DNA of 64,000 nucleotides from an uncultured bacterium (GTDB lineage: Bacteria; Patescibacteriota; Minisyncoccia; Phycocordibacterales; PALSA-1337), in assembly GCA_963701025.1 (NCBI GenBank), contig OY969557.1:570042-634041 (forward strand). Direction: 5' to 3'. The first letter of the stretch is position 1; each line of letters starts with the position of its first letter. The position numbers and the translations under genes are program-made. Positions 37,609 through 47,114 of the stretch are shown piece by piece. The notes under the pieces were generated by a model, which saw only the letters and a program-made list of their open reading frames with translations, made no database searches and had not been told where the DNA came from.

Positions 37609-40144
37609 TCGAGAAGTCTACGGACGTCGTGGCTTGATCGTAGACCGTGTCATGCACGACGACCGATATGGTGTCGGTCGCCTCAAGCCCACCGATGTCC
37701 GCGGGTATGAACGATATGTTCAATGGATTTTGCGTGTTAGTCAGTATGTATTTTCCGTTCAGGTACACCTCAGATTCCTTGACTGGGTATTTGCCTGTTT
37801 CCTGCAGATTGACCGAAAGAAGCTTGCTCGGGTCGATGACGGAGTCTTCTTGCGGCGTGACGATGCTCACCTGCGGCATATTCGCCGGCACATGCACGTC
37901 ATCGGTGGCTGTCGGTATGGTGAAGTCAGTGGTCTCCATGAAATCCGGATTGCTCTTGTGCCAGTTGGTGAACCACGCTCGGACGGCATATTCCCAATTC
38001 GCGTATTGAGAATCCTGGGAAGGATCTGTGGGTATAGGCCCACGCGGATCATCTTTGTTCACCCACTGCAGGATGGAGTGCACGCTGTCGAAGACGATCT
38101 CCTTCCTTGTTTCTTGGGGCGTGTATCGTGTCGCCACCTTTCCGGATATTGTGTCTATCCAGTACGAGACGCCTCCTTGCCATATGCCTGAAAGGACTGG
38201 TTTCAAGCCGTCAGGTTCCGGCTGTGGGGATTTGAAGTTTTCCGGCGGGAAATCGCCGGCGACTTCGGACATGAAAGCTCCCCAGACCGGCGTGATGATG
38301 AGGGCTGATATGGCGTCTTTCATCGGGTGGTTGTCGTTGTTGCCCGCCCAGGCTCCTACCACGAGGTTCGGGGTGTAGCCCATGGTCCAGACATCACGGT
38401 AATCATTGGTGGTTCCCGTCTTGATGGCGACTTGTCGCCCGACGCTTTGAGCTATGGGTTCGATAGACCCCATGCGATTGGCGTCGCTCGATAGCACGTC
38501 ATTTATCTCACGGGCGATCTCGGTTGGTATAGCCTGTGTCGGGCTTGTCGTAGCCTGCTCGAGGATATTGCCGCTGGCGTCGTCGACTTCCAATATGGAT
38601 CGGTATGGGTTACGGACGCCGTCATTGGCGAATACGCCGTACGCGCTCGTCATGTCGAGCAAAGAGACTTCTCCACCGCCGAGGACAAGAGTCAGGCCGT
38701 AGCGGTTCGGGTCATTGAGGCTGGTGATGCCCATGTCAGTCGCGGTCTTGATTGATTCCGGTATGCCGGCCAGATAGAGGGCTTGGACTGCCGGTATGTT
38801 GCGGGATTCCGGCAACGCCAACCGGATGGTCAGGGGTCCTTTATATAAATTATCATATTCCACAGGCGAATAACACACCTTCGTCGGATCATCACTCGGA
38901 TTCTTCGGCTTGCCGTCAGGCGTACAAAGGCTCGAGAACTGCATGGGCGTATCGTAAAGGATCGTATCCGGCGTATAGCCTTTTTCGAATAGAGTGGCAT
39001 AAACGAACGGCTTGAATGTCGAGCCAGGCTGGCGCTGTGCCGTGGCGTCGTTGTAGTTTCCGTCGATTGACGCGTCGAAATAATCCCTTGATCCGATCAT
39101 CGTCAGGATATCGCCAGTTTTCGGGTCTATCGCCACCATGGCCGTATTGCTGGCGTTGAAATTGGTGTTCAAAGACGGGCCGAAACGCGCCACCACGTTC
39201 TCGGCCTTCTGCTGCATGTCATAATCAATAGTAGTTATGACCTTAAGCCCGCCCGTATCAACGGCATCCTCGCCGTATTTCTGGATCAAATAATCCAGGA
39301 CGAACATGACGAAGTGCGGCGCGCGGATACCTTGGGAATTCTTGGCCAAGAACGTCACTTTTTCTTTGATGGCCAATTGGTAGTCGGCGTCGCTTATCAT
39401 ACCGAGACCTTTCATGCGTGAGAGGACCAGCTTTTGTCTAGCGTCCAAGTCCGCGGTATGGGTCCCATATGGCGAATAATACGTCGGTGCTTGGGGGATG
39501 GCGGCGATATATGCCGCTTCGGCCAGGCTCACGTCCTTGGCCTGCTTGCCGAAAAATTCCTGGCTGGCTTCCTCGACGCCGTATATCGTGCCGCCGTATG
39601 AAGTCTCGTTAAGGTACGCCTCGAGGATCTGGTCCTTGGTCATGATGCGCGTCAGCTTTACGGACAGTATCCATTCCTCCAGCTTCCGCGACAAAGTCTT
39701 GTCCTGCGTCAAAAGGGCGTTCTTGATGACCTGCTGGGTGATGGTAGAGGCGCCTTGGCCGAAACTGCCGGTGGCGAGGTCGGCCAGGAGCGCGCGGATG
39801 ATGGATGTCGGCTCGATGCCGATATTGTTATAAAAATTGGAATCCTCGATAGCCACGGTGGCCTTTTGTATGAAGGGTGATATGTTGGCAAGCGGCACGA
39901 CCGTACGCTTTGCGTTCGCTCCGGTGTCGTAGAGGAGGACGGTACCGGTACGGTCGTATATCTTGGTGGACTGGACTACTTGTCGCGTCTCGAAAGAATT
40001 CAAGTCAGGTATCTTCAAAGTCGCTATCCATATAGCTGCGCAACCTGCGGCGATAAGGACCGCCGAGGCGACGATCGCCGCAGCGCGCAATATGTGCCGG
40101 ACATGCTTTTTTCGCGGACGGCGGCGTCTCGTCATGAATGGCAA
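37601..40144 (-). CDS. Class A penicillin-binding protein (glycosyltransferase plus transpeptidase)
   Basis: 847 aa. GT51 motifs (EDSNFYNNIGIEPTSIIRA..., GASTITQQ), transpeptidase motifs STFKP and KTGTT, and a C-terminal extension. Confidence 0.85.
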   Translation of the reverse strand: MPFMTRRRRPRKKHVRHILRAAAIVASAVLIAAGCAAIWIATLKIPDLNSFETRQVVQSTKIYDRTGTVLLYDTGANAKRTVVPLANISPFIQKATVAIEDSNFYNNIGIEPTSIIRALLADLATGSFGQGASTITQQVIKNALLTQDKTLSRKLEEWILSVKLTRIMTKDQILEAYLNETSYGGTIYGVEEASQEFFGKQAKDVSLAEAAYIAAIPQAPTYYSPYGTHTADLDARQKLVLSRMKGLGMISDADYQLAIKEKVTFLAKNSQGIRAPHFVMFVLDYLIQKYGEDAVDTGGLKVITTIDYDMQQKAENVVARFGPSLNTNFNASNTAMVAIDPKTGDILTMIGSRDYFDASIDGNYNDATAQRQPGSTFKPFVYATLFEKGYTPDTILYDTPMQFSSLCTPDGKPKNPSDDPTKVCYSPVEYDNLYKGPLTIRLALPESRNIPAVQALYLAGIPESIKTATDMGITSLNDPNRYGLTLVLGGGEVSLLDMTSAYGVFANDGVRNPYRSILEVDDASGNILEQATTSPTQAIPTEIAREINDVLSSDANRMGSIEPIAQSVGRQVAIKTGTTNDYRDVWTMGYTPNLVVGAWAGNNDNHPMKDAISALIITPVWGAFMSEVAGDFPPENFKSPQPEPDGLKPVLSGIWQGGVSYWIDTISGKVATRYTPQETRKEIVFDSVHSILQWVNKDDPRGPIPTDPSQDSQYANWEYAVRAWFTNWHKSNPDFMETTDFTIPTATDDVHVPANMPQVSIVTPQEDSVIDPSKLLSVNLQETGKYPVKESEVYLNGKYILTNTQNPLNISFIPADIGGLEATDTISVVVHDTVYDQATTSVDFSTI

Positions 40145-40171
40145 TTATAGCACGCGTAGCCGGATGTTTTC

Positions 40172-40402
40172 CTATTGCTCCCACTTATCGCCGAACGGAT
40201 TCAGCTCTTCTTCATCTAGGGTCGGGGTCTCCTCGGACTCCTCGTCTTCCTCGGTGCCGACTACAGGAGCGTCTTCATCCGCGATCTTTTCTTCTAGATC
40301 GGGAAGGATGATCGGGGCGTCGGCCTCCTGCCTGCCGGCAGGCAGGGCGATTTTCTTTGGCTCCGCCTTCACCGGCCTCATTTTTGTCTTTGAATGCGGC
40401 AT
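40172..40402 (-). CDS. Small acidic hypothetical protein
   Basis: 77 aa from MPHSKTK... with a D/E-rich tail. The longer track ORF overlaps ruvC. Confidence 0.35.
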   Translation of the reverse strand: MPHSKTKMRPVKAEPKKIALPAGRQEADAPIILPDLEEKIADEDAPVVGTEEDEESEETPTLDEEELNPFGDKWEQ

Positions 40403-40488
40403 TATGTATGCGTGGATAATTTGTAACAAAGGGCGGTCCTTTTTGCAATGAAGGGAAACTGTGGAAAACTCGGCAATATGCCCAAAAC

Positions 40489-41016
40489 TCAAAATAACCC
40501 GGGATGCTTCGATCTGGCGCAAGCGGAGTGCGTGAGAGCAACTGCTATGGCGTCGTATTCGTCGTCCAAAGTCTTTTTTCCGCCTTTTTTGGACCCAGTA
40601 GCGGCTTCTTTCACTGGCATATCCACTAGCATGGGCATCATCTTCATCATATGGCCTTTATCACTAGTGCCATCGCCGGTCACCGCCATCTTTATCTCCA
40701 TGGGTGAGTATTCGAAGACGGGAATGCCCCTTTTAAGGCCCTCGTATATGATGATGCCCCGGGCTTCGGCCACGCGCATGGCCGTCTTTTGGTTTTTGGT
40801 GATGAAAAGGGTTTCAATGGCCAAGGCACCCGGCTTGAACTCGTCGAGGATGCGCGCGATTTCGGTACCTATATGCCGGAGACGCTCGTATATCGTCTCT
40901 TTCGGTGAAGTAGTGAAGCAGTCGGAGTATATGACGGTTTCTTTTCCCCTCGCCGGCTTCTCGATCACCGCGATGCCGAGACGGTCGTATCCGGGATCAA
41001 TTCCAAGAATTTTCAT
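40489..41016 (-). CDS. ruvC: Holliday junction resolvase RuvC
   Basis: MKILGIDPGYDRLGIAV... matches the RuvC N-terminal catalytic motif. yebC is adjacent. Confidence 0.8.
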   Translation of the reverse strand: MKILGIDPGYDRLGIAVIEKPARGKETVIYSDCFTTSPKETIYERLRHIGTEIARILDEFKPGALAIETLFITKNQKTAMRVAEARGIIIYEGLKRGIPVFEYSPMEIKMAVTGDGTSDKGHMMKMMPMLVDMPVKEAATGSKKGGKKTLDDEYDAIAVALTHSACARSKHPGLF

Positions 41017-41044
41017 CTCGTTATTTATCCTTAAGTCCTGAATC

Positions 41045-41575
41045 CTATTCCGCATTTGTGAATACTTCCTGAACCTCGTCGTTATTTTCCAATTCCTCGA
41101 CGATTTTGGACAAAGCTTCGACGTCAGCGTCCTCTAGCGGAATAGTCGAGGTCGGTGTCCATATGTTGTTCGTTTTGGCGAAAGCCCATGAAGCGCTACC
41201 TGGTGCCGCCAACTCGAAGCCGTTCGATGAGAGGATGTGTTTGATCTCCTGTGCGGCCTTGTTCCGGTTGTCGGTCAGCGCTTCTATAAGGAGGGCCACT
41301 CCGCCTGGACCGTATGTCTCGTAAATGATTGACTCCATGACCGCGCTATTGTCCGTAGCGCCTTTCTTGACCGCGCGATCAATAGTGTCGTTTGGCATAT
41401 TCTCCTTGCGTGCCTTTTCGATAGCGGCGGCAAGGCCTGGAGAGGACAGTACGCCTTTGGCTTTTTTCGCCTCGACAGTGATCAAGCGGACATATTTTCC
41501 GAAGGATTTGCTCTTCTCAGCGTCATTCTTGGCCTTGAGGTGCTTTATCTTTGAGAATTTGTTGTGGCCGGACAT
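41045..41575 (-). CDS. yebC: YebC/PmpR-family transcriptional regulator
   Basis: MSGHNKFSKIKHLKAKNDAEKSKSFGKYVRLITVEAK matches the YebC N-terminus. It lies in the conserved yebC-ruvC arrangement. Confidence 0.75.
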   Translation of the reverse strand: MSGHNKFSKIKHLKAKNDAEKSKSFGKYVRLITVEAKKAKGVLSSPGLAAAIEKARKENMPNDTIDRAVKKGATDNSAVMESIIYETYGPGGVALLIEALTDNRNKAAQEIKHILSSNGFELAAPGSASWAFAKTNNIWTPTSTIPLEDADVEALSKIVEELENNDEVQEVFTNAE

Positions 41576-41601
41576 GAGAGTAGTTTATAAGGAGGATTAA
41601 T

Positions 41602-41892
41602 ATGAGTTATTATACATGCATGAAGAAGATTTGCATCCATCCAAGGATAGTACAAGCTATGGGTTTATCTGGCGAAGAGCTCAAAGTCTTTGACATACTG
41701 TGCGGCCAACAGATGGCAAGAGAAAGCATTAAAATAGCTAGGATGGCTGGCGTGCCGAGGAGAACGGCCGTTAGAATCTTGCGAGACTTTGAGAAGAGGG
41801 GGTTGATTATTAAGAGGACTAATTTAAAGGGGACGAAAGATGCGTGGATGTATAAGAAAGGTTTAGATAGATTCGGGTATAGAGAGAACTAG
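41602..41892 (+). CDS. Winged-helix DNA-binding protein
   Basis: 96 aa. SIKIARMAGVPRRTAVRILRDFEKRGLI is an HTH motif. Confidence 0.45.
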   Translation: MSYYTCMKKICIHPRIVQAMGLSGEELKVFDILCGQQMARESIKIARMAGVPRRTAVRILRDFEKRGLIIKRTNLKGTKDAWMYKKGLDRFGYREN

Positions 41893-41915
41893 GGATATCG
41901 ATACATATGCAAAAA

Positions 41916-41981
41916 TGACACCTTACCTGACACTTTTGCCCCATTATATAGGCACCGAAGTGTCACCTAAAGTGTCGTTTT
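41916..41981. promoter_or_regulatory. Symmetric array of four TGACAC hexamers with a T-tract (bidirectional terminator or operator)
   Basis: TGACACcttaccTGACACtttt ... GTGTCAcctaaaGTGTCGtttt lies between the convergent ends of the HTH gene and ruvB. Confidence 0.4.
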
Positions 41982-42035
41982 CTCTTATAAGACAGAAGAG
42001 AGTGTTGTAAGACAGATAGGTGGTTATGAAAGAGA

Positions 42036-43043
42036 TCAGAGCGGGACCGTACCCTTCTCTCCCAGATGCGCATAAGCCTTTTCCGTGGCTATCCTGCCGC
42101 GCGGCGTTCTCTCCAACAGCCCTAGTTGTATCAAATACGGCTCATAGACTTCTTCGACCGTTGCCTGCTCCTCGGACAATGCGGCTGCGATCGTATTTAA
42201 CCCCACAGGCCCTCCGCCGAATTTGCTTATAATGACCTTCAATATCTCACGATCAGCGGCAGTGAGGCCTATGACATCTACGCCGAGCATATTCAAAGCT
42301 TTTTCCACGGTCGCCTTATCCAGGTCAGTCTTGTTGATCTGGGCGTAATCGCGGCATCTTTTCAGGTGATAGTTCGCCGTGCGAGGGGTAAAGCGCGATC
42401 TGACGGCGATCTCTTTCACCGCGTCATCGTGGATGCGCATACCCAATATCTTGGCGGAGCGCTTGACGATATCGGCTATCTCTTTATCAGAATAAAACTC
42501 GAGCTTGAAGACTCCGCCGGAGAAGCGCGACCGCAATGGCGAAGAGAGCAAGGCGATCCTGGTCGTGGCGGCGATCAAGGTGAATGGCGGCAGGTCGAGC
42601 TGAATGGTCCTTGCCGATGGTCCTTTACCTATGATAATATCCAGGGTTCCCGACTCCATGGCTGGGTAGAGGACTTCCTCTATCGCCTTGTTCAGCCGGT
42701 GTATCTCGTCGATAAAGAGTATGTCTCCGGCGGAGAGATTGGTGAGTATGGACGCGAGATCACCGACTTTGAGAATGGCCGGCCCGGAAGTGACTTTCAT
42801 CTGCGCGCCGGTCTCTTTAGCGATGAGATGGGCGAGCGTCGTCTTGCCCAAACCGGGAGGCCCATAGAAAAGGATATGCTCTGGCGGGTGTTTGCGCTCT
42901 TTGGCGGCGGTGAGCAGAATATGGAGATTGTCTTTGATGTTCTTCTGGCCTATATAGTCGTCCCAGCGCGACGGGCGCAGAGTCTGGTCGAGGAAACCGA
43001 CCTCTTTCTCGTCTGGAGCGGTATGCGGGGGAGTTCTTGACAT
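42036..43043 (-). CDS. ruvB: Holliday junction branch-migration helicase RuvB
   Basis: ILFYGPPGLGKTTLAHLIAKE, the sensor motifs and a C-terminal winged helix. 335 aa. Confidence 0.9.
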   Translation of the reverse strand: MSRTPPHTAPDEKEVGFLDQTLRPSRWDDYIGQKNIKDNLHILLTAAKERKHPPEHILFYGPPGLGKTTLAHLIAKETGAQMKVTSGPAILKVGDLASILTNLSAGDILFIDEIHRLNKAIEEVLYPAMESGTLDIIIGKGPSARTIQLDLPPFTLIAATTRIALLSSPLRSRFSGGVFKLEFYSDKEIADIVKRSAKILGMRIHDDAVKEIAVRSRFTPRTANYHLKRCRDYAQINKTDLDKATVEKALNMLGVDVIGLTAADREILKVIISKFGGGPVGLNTIAAALSEEQATVEEVYEPYLIQLGLLERTPRGRIATEKAYAHLGEKGTVPL

Positions 43044-43144
43044 TTGGATAGTTATATGCTAGGATAGCGAGGAAATTGAAACAATGGAAATATGCAAATT
43101 TATGGCCGTATTCGAGCCCATAAATCTCTAAGCAATGGCCTTCC

Positions 43145-43331
43145 CAGGTTTGGGCATAGTGCTAAGGACATGTTGGTTGCAAGGCTTCGGCCTTGCGTAC
43201 TGAAATTATCCTCGGGACTCTGCCTCGCTTTCGTCATCACGACGAGAGATATTGCTTAGGGATTTATAGGTTTGAACCTCGCCTAGCGGCGCGAACCTGC
43301 CGGTTCGTCTGTTCGTATCCTAACGCTATGC
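43145..43331. ncRNA. Candidate structured small RNA of about 190 nt (identity unknown; 6S-like by size)
   Basis: Non-coding gap. The ends are complementary (gcatagtgctaagga ... tcctaacgctatgc). There is a perfect UUCG-tetraloop hairpin caaggcTTCGgccttg and further hairpins (tcgtcATCAcgacga; cgaaccTGCCggttcg). Confidence 0.3.
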
Positions 43332-43355
43332 ACAGGGAAAAAGCAACAGATGATC

Positions 43356-43676
43356 TTACCCGAGTTTAGCGTCATGTCCGCGCAATCCTTCCTGAACGGA
43401 TCTTTGGACAGATGTCAGTTGTCCTTGCAACAGGAGCTTTTCTCGCTGAAGTTCGGTCAGCTTTGACTTTAATTTCGGAATATCCCTCTCGTCTTCATAG
43501 AGCTGGTGTTTATCCGTCTCTATATCCTTCTGGAGGCGCGGTATTTCTACTTTCATCTTGCCCGCATCGATCTCCATAGCCCTTATTTCCTCCTGCAATT
43601 TGAGCATCTCAGCCATTTCTTTCCGTATTTCTTCTTGAAGCTGCTGCACAGATTCAGTCGCGTTCATTTTTTGCAT
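43356..43676 (-). CDS. Hypothetical coiled-coil protein
   Basis: 106 aa with heptad-like E/K/L/Q-rich sequence. Confidence 0.4.
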   Translation of the reverse strand: MQKMNATESVQQLQEEIRKEMAEMLKLQEEIRAMEIDAGKMKVEIPRLQKDIETDKHQLYEDERDIPKLKSKLTELQREKLLLQGQLTSVQRSVQEGLRGHDAKLG

Positions 43677-43711
43677 ATTGATATGAAATTAATCTTCTAA
43701 TGCGCCGATCC

Positions 43712-45434
43712 TCAATCTTCCAGCGTTATCACCCTCTCCAGTTCGTCATACGACGTCACGCCGGAGAGCACCTTGAGCACGCCATCCTGCTTCATGGTCA
43801 GTATGCCCTGGCCTTTGGCGGCGGTCCAGATCTCGCGGTCGCTGGAACTAGCCTGGACGGCCGCTCTCGATCTCGCGGGTCATCAATATGGCCTCGTATA
43901 TGCCTATGCGACCTTTATAGCCGGTGTGATTGCATTTGTCGCAACCGACGGCTGACCACATTTTTGTCCGGTCGGCTGGAACAGTGGAGACATCCTCGAT
44001 ACCAGCGACGGTTAACTCGATCTCCTTTTTGATATCGCCATCCACGACGGCTTCTTTTTTGCACACCGGACAGAGGCGTCTGACCAGGCGTTGGGCCATG
44101 GAGACGCGCAGGGCAGAGGGGATGATGGTCGGATTGGCGCCGAGGTCGATGAGCCTGGGGAATGTGCCGGCGGCGTCGTTGGTGTGGAGGGTCGAAAAGA
44201 CGAGGTGTCCGGTCAGGGCGGAATTGATGGCGATGTCGGCCGTCTCATTGTCGCGAATCTCACCGATCATGATGATGTCCGGATCCTGTCGGACGGCGGC
44301 GCGCAAGCCTTCGACGAAATTATATCCTTTGTCGTTGACCTGGGTCTGGACGATGCCTGGAAGGTGATATTCAATCGGGTCCTCGATAGTGATGATCTTG
44401 ACCTCCGGATTGGAGACTTTTTTCAGGAATGAATACAATGTCGTGGTCTTGCCGGAGCCGGTCGGTCCGGTGGTGAGGAGCATGCCGTCAGGCCGGTTGA
44501 TCTCCTCGAGCAGGATCTTCAGGAGCCTTGGGTTGATGCCGAGCTCTTCCAGAGGCACGTTGATGGACTTCGGGTTGAGCAAGCGCATGACCACGGATTC
44601 GTTGTAGGCGCCTGGCAAGATGGAGGCGCGGACTTCGATGTCGCCGATGGGCAGGCGGATGCTGAAGCGTCCGTCCTGGGAATCTTTCTTTATATTGAGC
44701 TTCATGCCGGCGATGAGCTTGATCCGGGAAAGAAGCAGGGCATAGGTATCATTGTCGAAGCGTATGACCTCTTGGAGCACGCCGTCTAGGCGATAGCGCA
44801 GGAGGACGTATCCTTCCTCCGGTTCCAGATGGATATCGGAGGCCTCCACCGCCAGGGCTCCGGCCACGACGGTTTCCAATATGCGTGAGACGCGATAGCT
44901 CTTTTTCGCGGCAAGGGTATTCTGCAGTATCGAGATGATGGTGGGCAGGCTCTTGGCTTGTTCGATGATGGCTTCTATCTCTTCGCTGGATATCTCGAGC
45001 GAACCGGCACGGCTTTCCGAAGCGAACGAGAGGTCCTTGTACATTTTCCACGCCTTTTCCAGGCCTTGGGTCGAGGTGATGTAGAGTTCCGGCTCATAGC
45101 CCTTGGTCTTGAGGTCTCCCAGAAGGGCCTGGGTCTTTTCATCCTCCGGATTACGCGCGGCAACTTTCACCTTTTTGTTTATGATGGCGAAAGCGACCGC
45201 TTGCGCGGCGCGGGCCGGCTCTTCGCCGATGAGGCGCAAGGCGTCAGTGTTGACCGGCGTGCCCATGAGATTGACGTATTCAAGATTGTATTTACCGGAG
45301 AGCATTTGCACCAGGTCTTCTTCTTCTTTGTGCAAGAGCTCGTTCAGCCGACGCTTTTGCTTGTCTTCGTCGAATTGGATGGTCATATTTCCGTTAAGTA
45401 TAGCAGAAATGGCTTTCCAACCGAGGTCTTTCAA
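43712..45434 (-). CDS. pilB: GspE/PilB-family type IV pilus or T2SS assembly ATPase (single frameshift near the 3' end)
   Basis: Walker A LLTTGPTGSGKTTT, Asp/His boxes, and the tetracysteine motif CPVC...CDKC. The ORF ends at 43848, but the conserved C-terminus (...EIWTAAKGQGILTMKQDGVLKVLSGVTSYDELERVITLED*) continues in another frame down to 43712. Confidence 0.7.
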
Positions 45435-45532
45435 TGGTGCTTGACTTTAATTCTATTTGTGATATAATGCCACCAAAGCTCGCATCAGTCTCATGATGCG
45501 CCCCGGGATGAACTTGGGGGTTTGAAGAAAGT

Positions 45533-46192
45533 TTGAAAATGAAAAGAATCAAAATGTCGGTTTGCCTGGTTGCGTTGGCAGCAGTCTGTTCCGGATGTGT
45601 TACGGGCAAAAGTCATACCGCGACCCTGAATGACAGGATCAGGCCTGACGGGACCGTTTATCACCACGACACCGATTGGACCATCTCAAGCCCCCTCAAT
45701 CTTCCGGTTGAGGTTGTGGAGACTACCATCCACGTCGTCAAACAGGTGGGTGATGATGTTGTCGGTGTTTCTTGCGGAGTCGGGGAGGCCGTACTGGTCT
45801 CCGCGGTGAGTCCGCCCCAATTCTACGTGTACGACGGGTACGAGAACATCGGGTGGATCAATAACCAGATGGTTTACTCATCCGACCTTGTTACATGGAA
45901 TCCGGCGCCACCGATGGTCGTCAACCGATTCTATCTGTACTCACAGGGTACCCCAAATTGGTTCAATGAGCGTCGCTTGAATGAGCATTACAATTCGGGG
46001 GGCAACTGGAATAACGGCGGCGACCACCCGTCAAGAGGCGATTACGATCGTCAACATGGATATCCTCATTTGCCGCCGGTAGGCTTCCATAACAGAGACG
46101 GCCAGCCGGTGTTCAATCCCCCTCACCCCCATGGTAACGGAGGTGGACAGGGCAACGGCCAGAATCACGGTGGCGGTAACAGCCATCACTAA
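45533..46192 (+). CDS. Hypothetical exported/lipoprotein-like protein (G/N/H-rich C-terminus)
   Basis: Signal peptide MKMKRIKMSVCLVALAAVCSGC. C-terminal GGNWNNGGDHP...GNGGGQGNGQNHGGGNSHH low-complexity tail. Confidence 0.5.
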   Translation: MKMKRIKMSVCLVALAAVCSGCVTGKSHTATLNDRIRPDGTVYHHDTDWTISSPLNLPVEVVETTIHVVKQVGDDVVGVSCGVGEAVLVSAVSPPQFYVYDGYENIGWINNQMVYSSDLVTWNPAPPMVVNRFYLYSQGTPNWFNERRLNEHYNSGGNWNNGGDHPSRGDYDRQHGYPHLPPVGFHNRDGQPVFNPPHPHGNGGGQGNGQNHGGGNSHH

Positions 46193-46220
46193 TGTTCCCA
46201 AATGTCGTGTATTGCACAGT

Positions 46221-46256
46221 GCCGGTCTACTCTCGAAGAGTGACCGGCATTTTTGT
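46221..46256 (+). terminator. Rho-independent terminator
   Basis: gccggtctactctcgaagagtgaccggcattttt: the stem GCCGGTC/GACCGGC followed by a T-run. Confidence 0.6.
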
Positions 46257-46294
46257 TTCTTGCTTCCGGGCTTTTAATTCATTACCATGGACTG

Positions 46295-46780
46295 ATGAAA
46301 GAATTCGTCTCTCATTCGATCGCGGAAACCGAAGCCATGGCCCGGCAATGGCTCGTTGATATTTCAAAGGAATATGATGGTACCGACGAAGCTCTCATTG
46401 TCGGCCTGTCAGGGCATCTCGGGGCGGGGAAGACGGCTTTCGTCAAGGCGGTCGGCAAGGCTTTAGGTGTGAAGGATGACATAACGAGTCCGACGTTCGT
46501 GCTCATGAAAACATACGGATTCGGGTCAAATGGTGGAAATGAACCGAGTTCGCAAGACGGCGTCAAATTTCCCTGGAACTGGAAACGGCTTGTGCACATA
46601 GACGCATACCGATTGGAACAGGCTGAAGAACTGGAGGCTCTCGGCTGGGAAGATCTCGTTGCCGACCGCAACAACCTCATCATGGTCGAATGGCCGGAGA
46701 ACGCGGGGTTAAAAGATCTGCCGCTTTGTTATATACTATCCCGTACTGACCCGCATCATTTATCATTTAAAACAAAATAA
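46295..46780 (+). CDS. tsaE: tRNA t6A biosynthesis ATPase TsaE
   Basis: LSGHLGAGKTAFVKA...SPTF are the TsaE/YjeE motifs. Start at MKEF; the track ORF begins at 46253. Confidence 0.75.
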   Translation: MKEFVSHSIAETEAMARQWLVDISKEYDGTDEALIVGLSGHLGAGKTAFVKAVGKALGVKDDITSPTFVLMKTYGFGSNGGNEPSSQDGVKFPWNWKRLVHIDAYRLEQAEELEALGWEDLVADRNNLIMVEWPENAGLKDLPLCYILSRTDPHHLSFKTK

Positions 46781-46781
46781 C

Positions 46782-47111
46782 ATGGATCCAATCCAAAATA
46801 GCCCGAACGCCCAAAAGAATATCCCGATGGCAGTCCTGTGCTACATCGGCCCTCTGGTCATCGTCTCATACATCGCCGCCAAGTCCGACTCATTCGTCAA
46901 ATATCACATAAAGCAGGGCGCCATCGTCTTTGCCGTCGAGGTGGCTCTCTGGATCCTCGGCGCTCTCTGGTGGCCTCTCTGGCCCCTGTGGAATCTCGTC
47001 AGCTTGGGTACGCTCGTCCTGTCCATCATCGGCATCATCCACGCCGCCAAAGGCGAGGAGAAGCCTCTGCCGTTCGTCGGTCACTGGTCCAAGAATGTGC
47101 CGGTGTCATAG
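46782..47111 (+). CDS. DUF4870-like small membrane protein
   Basis: MAVLCYIGPLVIV... is the CYIGPL motif of DUF4870, with two TM helices. Confidence 0.55.
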   Translation: MDPIQNSPNAQKNIPMAVLCYIGPLVIVSYIAAKSDSFVKYHIKQGAIVFAVEVALWILGALWWPLWPLWNLVSLGTLVLSIIGIIHAAKGEEKPLPFVGHWSKNVPVS

Positions 47112-47114
47112 ATA

